From Alphaproteobacteria bacterium (GTDB lineage Bacteria > Pseudomonadota > Alphaproteobacteria > UBA828), in assembly GCA_965220745.1 (NCBI GenBank), contig CBDCQT010000013.1:320001-384000 (forward strand): 64,000 nt of DNA. The letters run 5' to 3'. A program made the position numbers and the translations under genes. Shown piece after piece: positions 58,006 to 64,000 of the stretch; position 1 is the first letter of the stretch, and each line of letters opens with the position of its first letter. The notes beneath the pieces were generated by a model that saw nothing but the letters and a program-made list of their open reading frames with translations, did no database searches and was not told where the DNA came from.

Positions 58006-60054
58006 ATGACCGAAACGGCGCCGGTTTCCCACGACGCCACGGGCGATCCGCTGCTGCAGCCCTTCAGACTGAAGCACCTCACTCTCAAGAACCGCATCAT
58101 GAGCACCAGCCACGCGTGCGGGCTGGTCGAGGATGGCATTCCGAGCGAGCGCTACCAGCGCTACCACGAGGCCAAGGCGAGAGGCGGGCTGGCGCTCACC
58201 ATGTTCGGTGGCTCATCCAACGTCTCGCCGGAGTCTGCGTGGAGCCTGCCGCAGATCAACCTGTACGACGAGCGCGTCGTCGAGCATTTCCAGCGGTTCT
58301 CGCGGCGCATCCACGCCCACGGCGCCGCCTTGATGTGCCAGGTGAGCCACGTCGGCGGGCGGAGCGAGCCCTATGCTGGGGCGGCGCTTGCGCCCATTGG
58401 CCCGTCGCCCGTGCGCGAGACCCTGCACCGGGCCTTCGCCAGGGAGATGGACGAGCACGACATCGCGCGCGTCGTGGCCGACTTCGCCGAGGCGGCGGCG
58501 CGGTGCAAGGAGGGCGGGCTCGACGGCATCGAGACATTCGCCGGCGCGCACCTGATCGGCCAGTTCCTCTCGCCCGCGACCAATCGGCGCACCGACCGCT
58601 ACGGCGGTTCGGTCGAGAACCGCTGCCGCTTCGGGCTGATGGTGCACGAGGCGATCCGCGAACGCGTCGGCGACGATTTCATCGTCGGCATCCGCTTCGT
58701 GATCGACGAGGCGGGACCGCACCACCTCACGTTCGATGACGGACTGAAGATCGCCGCCATCTTCGAGGCATCCGGCACCATCGACTTCTTCAACGCGATC
58801 TACGGCCGCATCGACACGGAGTTCAAGCTCGCGGCGGACTGCATGCCGGGCATGGCCTCGCCCGAGGCGCCGTTCCTGGCCCGCGCCGGCGCCTTCAAGC
58901 AGGCGGTGGGGCTTCCGGTCTTCCACGCGACGCGCATCACCTCGCTGGAGACAGCGCGGTACGCGATCCGCGACGGGTTGCTCGACATGGTGGCGATGAC
59001 CCGCGCGCACATTGCGGACCCCGAGCTGGTGGCGAAGCTCGCGCGCGGCGAAGGGGAGCGCGTGCGGCCCTGCGTCGGCGCGACCCATTGCATGAGCCCG
59101 CTGCGCCCGACCTGCATTCACAATCCCTCCACCGGCCACGAGGCGGCATTGCCGCACGTGATCGAGCGAGCGGCGACGAAGCGGCGGGTGCTGGTCGCGG
59201 GCGGCGGGCCGGCCGGGCTGGAGGCCGCGCGAGTCTGTGCCGAGCGCGGTCACGACGTGCGGCTTTGCGAGGCAACAGGGCGGCTCGGCGGGCAGGTGGT
59301 GCTGGCGGCGAAGGCAAGCTGGCGCGGCGAACTCGCGGGGATTGTCGAGTGGCGGGTCCGCGAACTGGAACGGCTCGACATCGTGGTGCGCCTCAACTGT
59401 CCCGTCGAGCCGAGCACGATTTCCCTGGACGATGCCGACGTTGTCATTGTCGCGACGGGTGGCGTTCCCGACCTCAACTGGATCGAGGGCGCGGAGCACT
59501 GCACCAGCGTCTGGGACATCCTCTCGGGTGCGGCGAGCGTCGGCGAGGACTCGATCGTCTATGACGGAACCGGACGCCACGCGGCGCTCACGGCGGCGGA
59601 GGCGATTCGGCAAGCCGGCGGTGAGGTCGCGTTCTTCGGCCTCGATGGCCATCTCGCGATGGAGATGTCCTACGCGGAGCAGGTCATCTGGCGGCGGCGT
59701 ACTTACGAGATTGGCATCAAGCCCAGGCTTGATCGGCGCCTGGAACGCGTCGAACGCGAGGGCAACCGGTTGCGCGTGACGTTCCGCAACGAGCTTACGG
59801 ACAAGGCGGAGGAACACGAGACCGGGCGCATCGTGGTCGAGCACGGGACGCGTCCCGCCAACGCCCTCTTTCACGGCCTGACGGATCGCTCCTCCAACCG
59901 CGGCGTAGTCGATCAGAAAGTGCTGCTATCAGGGGCGCCGCAGCCGGAGGCGGCGGACGGTGGCTTCCGACTCTTCCGTATCGGTGACGCGGTCTCCAGC
60001 CGCAACATCTACGCCGCCGTGCTCGACGCCTTCCGCCTCTGCCGGACGTTGTAG
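58006..60054 (+). CDS. NADH:flavin oxidoreductase (old yellow enzyme / TMADH-like), N-methylproline demethylase StcD-like
   Basis: DPLLQPF.LKHLTLKNRI, ARGG..LTM, RE..HRAF, HLI.QF.SP.TN, RPCVGA, CIHN..TG.E, GGGPAGLEAARV, RIGDAVSSRNI.AA. Confidence 0.88.
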   Translation: MTETAPVSHDATGDPLLQPFRLKHLTLKNRIMSTSHACGLVEDGIPSERYQRYHEAKARGGLALTMFGGSSNVSPESAWSLPQINLYDERVVEHFQRFSRRIHAHGAALMCQVSHVGGRSEPYAGAALAPIGPSPVRETLHRAFAREMDEHDIARVVADFAEAAARCKEGGLDGIETFAGAHLIGQFLSPATNRRTDRYGGSVENRCRFGLMVHEAIRERVGDDFIVGIRFVIDEAGPHHLTFDDGLKIAAIFEASGTIDFFNAIYGRIDTEFKLAADCMPGMASPEAPFLARAGAFKQAVGLPVFHATRITSLETARYAIRDGLLDMVAMTRAHIADPELVAKLARGEGERVRPCVGATHCMSPLRPTCIHNPSTGHEAALPHVIERAATKRRVLVAGGGPAGLEAARVCAERGHDVRLCEATGRLGGQVVLAAKASWRGELAGIVEWRVRELERLDIVVRLNCPVEPSTISLDDADVVIVATGGVPDLNWIEGAEHCTSVWDILSGAASVGEDSIVYDGTGRHAALTAAEAIRQAGGEVAFFGLDGHLAMEMSYAEQVIWRRRTYEIGIKPRLDRRLERVEREGNRLRVTFRNELTDKAEEHETGRIVVEHGTRPANALFHGLTDRSSNRGVVDQKVLLSGAPQPEAADGGFRLFRIGDAVSSRNIYAAVLDAFRLCRTL

Positions 60055-60094
60055 AGGGTGGGGTAGGGCGCAGCCGTGCGGACCGCGCCCATTA

Positions 60095-62470
60095 CTATGA
60101 CGCGCGGGCGGCACGCCTCCCACGCACGAGTTGCGACAGGAAAACCAGGCCGAGCAACGCGAGGCCGGCGGGATAGATCAGTTCCTTGGGCGGCAGGTCG
60201 GTCTGCTCCACGTCCACGCCCGTGACGTAATCGCCCCAGTCGATACCGGCCTGCTCCGCCATCCCGCTCCAGGCGAGGTCGACCACGGCGTAGCGGCCGT
60301 CCTCCTCACGCTCCAGCCCGACGCCGAAGGTCTCCGCCGGCGTCGTTGCCTGCTCCACCGGAGTCTCCAGCACGAACAGCTTGTAACGCTCGCCGTAGTC
60401 GGTCTCCCGCGTCACGTGCAGGCGGACCTGGCGGCCTGGCTCCGGCGTGAATGTGCTGGAGACGAAGGACTGGAATGCGACCGGCTCGAAGGGTGGCGCG
60501 ATATGGTCCATGAAGAAGCCGGGACGGAACAGCATGAAACAGGCCGCGGCGAGCAGAATCGCCTCGTACCATCGCACCTTGACGAACATCCAGCCTTGGG
60601 TGAGCGAGCTGAAGGCAAGGATCGCGAGCAGCGACATGACCGCGACCAGTGCCCCGTGCCAGATGCTCTCGACACCGATCAGCAGCAGCTCCGTGTTGAA
60701 CAGGAAGACCAGCGGCAGGATGGCCGTGCGGATGTCGTACATGAAAGACTGCACGCCGGTCCTCAGCGGATCCGCCCTCGATATGGCCGAGGCCGCGAAG
60801 GCGGCAAGGCAGACGGGTGGCGTCGAATCCGCCAGCAAGCCGTAATAAAAGACATAGAGGTGGATGGCGATCAGCGGCAAAACAAGACCCGCTGCATTGC
60901 CCAGCTCCACCAGCACGCCGGCCAGCAGCGAGGCGACCACGAGGTAGTTGGCGGTGGTCGGCAGGCCCATGCCGAGAATGATGCAGAGGATCGCGGTGAG
61001 TCCGAGCAGGATGTATACGTTGCCGCCGGCGATCGCTTCGACGACGCCCACCATGGCGTTGTTGAGACCGGTCGAGGAAACCGCGCCGACGATGATGCCG
61101 GCGGCGGCGACGGCAACCGCGATGCCCACCATGTTGCGCGCGCCCGCGACCATGCCGATGTAGATTTCGGTGAAGCCGTCGCGCACTGCTTCGCCCATCG
61201 GCTGGCCGCCACCACGGGCCGAGGCGATGATCCGTCTGACGACGATAATCACCATCACCGAGAGGATCGAATAGAAGACCGCGCTGTGCGCGCTCCAGCG
61301 CTCGACCATCAGCAGATAGACCAGAATGAAGATCGGTATCAGGTGGTGGGCGCCGCTGAGAAAGGTCTTCCGAAACGGCGGAATCTCGACCCGCGGTAGG
61401 CCCTTGAGTCCGAGTTTCTTGGCCTCCAGGTGGGAGATGTAGAGCAGCGCGAGATAACTGAGCACCGCGGGGATCGCTGCCGCCGCGACCACGTCGAAAT
61501 ACGATATGCCAATAAATTCGGCGATGATGAAGGCGGCCGCTCCCATGATTGGTGGCATGAGCTGACCGTTTGTCGACGCTGCGACCTCGATGGCGCCGGC
61601 CTTGACCGCGGGCATGCCGATCCGCCGCATGACGGGGATGGTGAAGGTCCCCGTCGTGACGACATTGGCGATCGACGAGCCGGAGACCATGCCGGTCATG
61701 CCCGACGCGAGAATTGCTGCCTTGGCCGGCCCGCCGGTAAAGCGTCCCACCATGGCGAAGGAAAGCGCGAGGAAGTACTGCCCGGCGCCTGCCTTGTCGA
61801 GCAGTGCGCCGAACAGCACGAACAGGAAAACGAAGCCGACCGAGACGCTGAGCGGAATGCCGAAGATCGCCTCGCCCGTGAGCCACTGATAGCCGATCAG
61901 CCGGTTCAGGCTGAGCCCCTTGTGCGAGATGACGTCCGGCATCGACTGGCCGAAGATCGAGTAGACGAGGAAGACCGCGCAAACGATGACCAGCGGTATC
62001 CCAATGGCGCGCCGCGTCGCGTCCAACAGCAACAGGATGCCGACGCCGCCCAGGATGGCTTCGACCGGAATGCCGTTCCAGACGTAGAGGAGACCGTGGC
62101 GGGAGACGAGGCCGTCCCAACCGAAGAACAGGTAGAGGGCCGCAACGCACCCGGCCAGCGCGCAGAGGATGTCCCAGGGCGGCAGTCCGCGCTCGCTCCA
62201 GCGGCGCGTCAGCGGGTACATCAGGAAGCAGAGCAGCAGCGCGAACGACAGGTGAATGCCGCGTGCCGGCACGTCACCGATAATGGCGAAATTGAACATG
62301 AAGGGCAGAGGCGAGGCGATCCACAGCTGGTAGACCGACCACAGGAAGCAAAGCAAACTTATGAGCAGTGCCAGGCGCGGCCCCTGCCGGCGCCCCTGGT
62401 ACTCGACCTTCTCCAGGGTTTTCTGAACATCGGCGGGCGTGGCCGCCGCGCTCGGCTCACTATCTGTCAC
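60095..62470 (-). CDS. TAXI-type TRAP transporter fused permease (4TM/12TM, DUF3394 tail)
   Basis: GGPAK, SGSSIANVVTTG.FTIP, ASTNGQ..PP.MGA.AF, LGMGLPTTANY, TPPV.LA.FA. Confidence 0.93.
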   Translation of the reverse strand: MTDSEPSAAATPADVQKTLEKVEYQGRRQGPRLALLISLLCFLWSVYQLWIASPLPFMFNFAIIGDVPARGIHLSFALLLCFLMYPLTRRWSERGLPPWDILCALAGCVAALYLFFGWDGLVSRHGLLYVWNGIPVEAILGGVGILLLLDATRRAIGIPLVIVCAVFLVYSIFGQSMPDVISHKGLSLNRLIGYQWLTGEAIFGIPLSVSVGFVFLFVLFGALLDKAGAGQYFLALSFAMVGRFTGGPAKAAILASGMTGMVSGSSIANVVTTGTFTIPVMRRIGMPAVKAGAIEVAASTNGQLMPPIMGAAAFIIAEFIGISYFDVVAAAAIPAVLSYLALLYISHLEAKKLGLKGLPRVEIPPFRKTFLSGAHHLIPIFILVYLLMVERWSAHSAVFYSILSVMVIIVVRRIIASARGGGQPMGEAVRDGFTEIYIGMVAGARNMVGIAVAVAAAGIIVGAVSSTGLNNAMVGVVEAIAGGNVYILLGLTAILCIILGMGLPTTANYLVVASLLAGVLVELGNAAGLVLPLIAIHLYVFYYGLLADSTPPVCLAAFAASAISRADPLRTGVQSFMYDIRTAILPLVFLFNTELLLIGVESIWHGALVAVMSLLAILAFSSLTQGWMFVKVRWYEAILLAAACFMLFRPGFFMDHIAPPFEPVAFQSFVSSTFTPEPGRQVRLHVTRETDYGERYKLFVLETPVEQATTPAETFGVGLEREEDGRYAVVDLAWSGMAEQAGIDWGDYVTGVDVEQTDLPPKELIYPAGLALLGLVFLSQLVRGRRAARAS

Positions 62471-62533
62471 GGGCGCCCCTGTCCGGCGCGTGCGCCCCTT
62501 AGCGTTGTACGCCTCGGGACAATCCGAAAGCGA

Positions 62534-62565
62534 ACGGCCGGCACCCGTTCAGGGGTGCCGGCCGT
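62534..62565 (-). terminator. Stem-loop between the TAXI receptor and permease genes
   Basis: ACGGCCGGCACCC-N6-GGGTGCCGGCCGT perfect 13-bp stem. Confidence 0.6.
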
Positions 62566-62582
62566 CATGATCGCGGGGGCTG

Positions 62583-63581
62583 CTACCAGCCCTGTTCCGC
62601 GTAGTACTTGGCAGCACCCGCATGAAGCGGTGCGGACAGACCATTCTTGATCATGTTCGCGGGATTGAGGTTGGCGAAGGCGGGATGCAGCGACCTGAAG
62701 TCGTCCAGGTTCTCCATTACCGCGCGGGTGACCTCGTAGACGACATCTTCGGGCACGTTCTCGTGGCTGACGAAGGTCGCCATCACGCCAAAGGTCGTCA
62801 CATCGGCGGCCGTGGTCTTGTAGGTGCCGGCCGGGATGGTCGTGAAGGCGTAGTAGGGATTGTCCGCCACCAGCTTTTGCTCGACCTCGCCGTTGAGGTT
62901 GGCGATATAGGCACCGCAGCCGTCAGTCGCCACAGACACGCCGGCATTGGGCACGCCGACCGTGTAGCCGTAGGCGTCGATCTTGCCGTCGCAGAGTGCC
63001 TGCGACTGCTCGGTCGAGGTTAGCTCGGTCGCCGCCGCGAAGTCGTCGGTGGTCATGCCGTAGCCTTCCATCAACACCTCGGTCGTGCCGCGCTGGCCCG
63101 AGCCGGGGTTGCCGATGTTCATCCTCTTGCCCTTGGTATCGGTGAAGGAGCCGATGCCTGAACCTTCGGCGGCGATCAGGTGGAAGGGCTCGCCGTGCAC
63201 GGAGAAGACCGCGCGCAGACCGGGGCAGTTCGTGACCTTTTCGGAACTGCCGTTGACCGCATGGAACTGCCAGTCAGATTGGGCGACGCCAAAGTCGAGT
63301 TCGCCCTGGCAGATCTGGCCGATGTTGTAGGTGGAGCCGCCGGTCGACGGTGCCGCGCAGCGGATGCCGTGCTTGCGGCCCGACTTGCGGCCCTCGGCGG
63401 CCTCCTTGTGGACCATGCGACAGACCGAGTTGCCGACCACGAAATAAACGCCGGTCGGGCCACCGGTCCCGATGGAAATGAACTTCTTCTCCTGCGCGCT
63501 CGCCTCGTCGGCAGCGCTGAAGGTCGCGCCCATGAGGGCGACGGCGGCCAGCGCGCATGTGGTGAGTCTGAGTATCTTCAT
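62583..63581 (-). CDS. TAXI-family TRAP solute-binding protein
   Basis: ISIGTGGPTGVY, STGGS..N, QSDWQ, GNPGSGQR, LCDGKIDA, PLH.GA.KYY; start at MKILR with a GGGAGG RBS. Confidence 0.93.
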   Translation of the reverse strand: MKILRLTTCALAAVALMGATFSAADEASAQEKKFISIGTGGPTGVYFVVGNSVCRMVHKEAAEGRKSGRKHGIRCAAPSTGGSTYNIGQICQGELDFGVAQSDWQFHAVNGSSEKVTNCPGLRAVFSVHGEPFHLIAAEGSGIGSFTDTKGKRMNIGNPGSGQRGTTEVLMEGYGMTTDDFAAATELTSTEQSQALCDGKIDAYGYTVGVPNAGVSVATDGCGAYIANLNGEVEQKLVADNPYYAFTTIPAGTYKTTAADVTTFGVMATFVSHENVPEDVVYEVTRAVMENLDDFRSLHPAFANLNPANMIKNGLSAPLHAGAAKYYAEQGW

Positions 63582-63673
63582 GATCTGTCCTCCCAGTGAG
63601 TTCGATGTCCTTACATTATACGTCAAAGTTGACCAGGTACATGATGGTGGTTCGCGGGTCGAACCGATTCGGC

Positions 63674-64000
63674 TCATCCTGCTATGAAGGCGCGGAAGCG
63701 CCGCGCCACGTCGCGGGGCGATATCGTGGGCCGGCCCAGTTCGGCGAGGGAGCCGGGCGCGATTTTCGCATGGACCAGCACCGGCCTTAGGTCGTCGGCG
63801 ATAGCAGCCGACAGAGCTTGGGCGAAGCCCGCTTCGGTGTCGCAGCGGTAGGCCCTGGGATAGCTGCAGGCTTGGGCGATGGCGGCGAAATCGACGTTGG
63901 GGGCGACGGTGGCCTGCCCACCCGTCGAATCGTGCACGCCGTTGTCGAGCAGGACATGGATCAGATTAGCGGGGGCGTGGGTGCCGATGGTCGCCATCGT
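63674..64000 (-). CDS. aepY: Phosphonopyruvate decarboxylase (ThDP enzyme), C-terminal part; runs off the window
   Basis: ATIG...P.NLIHVLLDNG.HDSTGGQ.T, DF..IA.AC.Y, LGRPT..P.....RF; sulfopyruvate decarboxylase not excluded. Confidence 0.7.
   Translation of the reverse strand, partial: TMATIGTHAPANLIHVLLDNGVHDSTGGQATVAPNVDFAAIAQACSYPRAYRCDTEAGFAQALSAAIADDLRPVLVHAKIAPGSLAELGRPTISPRDVARRFRAFIAG

Overview
High-GC, gene-dense chromosomal window, most likely from an alphaproteobacterium (alpha-type RuvX, CTTGAT-N17-CTATAT promoter, alpha-type transporters). About 55 CDS, mostly solute uptake and catabolism: a Liv-type ABC operon with one binding protein and two complete permease/ATPase sets; a 13-kb operon joining two sugar-type ABC importers to a GMC oxidoreductase and a Rieske ring-hydroxylating oxygenase; Dpp- and Pot-type ABC importers; a TAXI-TRAP system; and a ~25-kb group of enzymes from families known in betaine/DMSP/N-methyl-amine catabolism (GcvT-family dehydrogenase, two DddP-like M24 proteins, BesD-like 2OG oxygenase, choline-monooxygenase-like Rieske protein, StcD-like flavoenzyme, two non-canonical enolase-superfamily enzymes). 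Strongest non-routine signals: (1) a 271/272-bp CTAG-bounded palindromic element in two copies (38969-39239, 49699-49970), ~86% identical by hand alignment, with about nine compensatory base-pair changes, which points to selection on a folded single strand; (2) a MunI-like restriction-modification pair between the two DddP-like genes, with an intact MT-A70 methylase and an endonuclease broken by two frameshifts and two stop codons; (3) an AT-richer islet carrying an orphan, possibly HEPN-like gene between HU and a SRAP gene. I saw no tRNA, rRNA, CRISPR array, transposase or transcription-factor gene. Family calls come from motif recognition by eye, without database searches.
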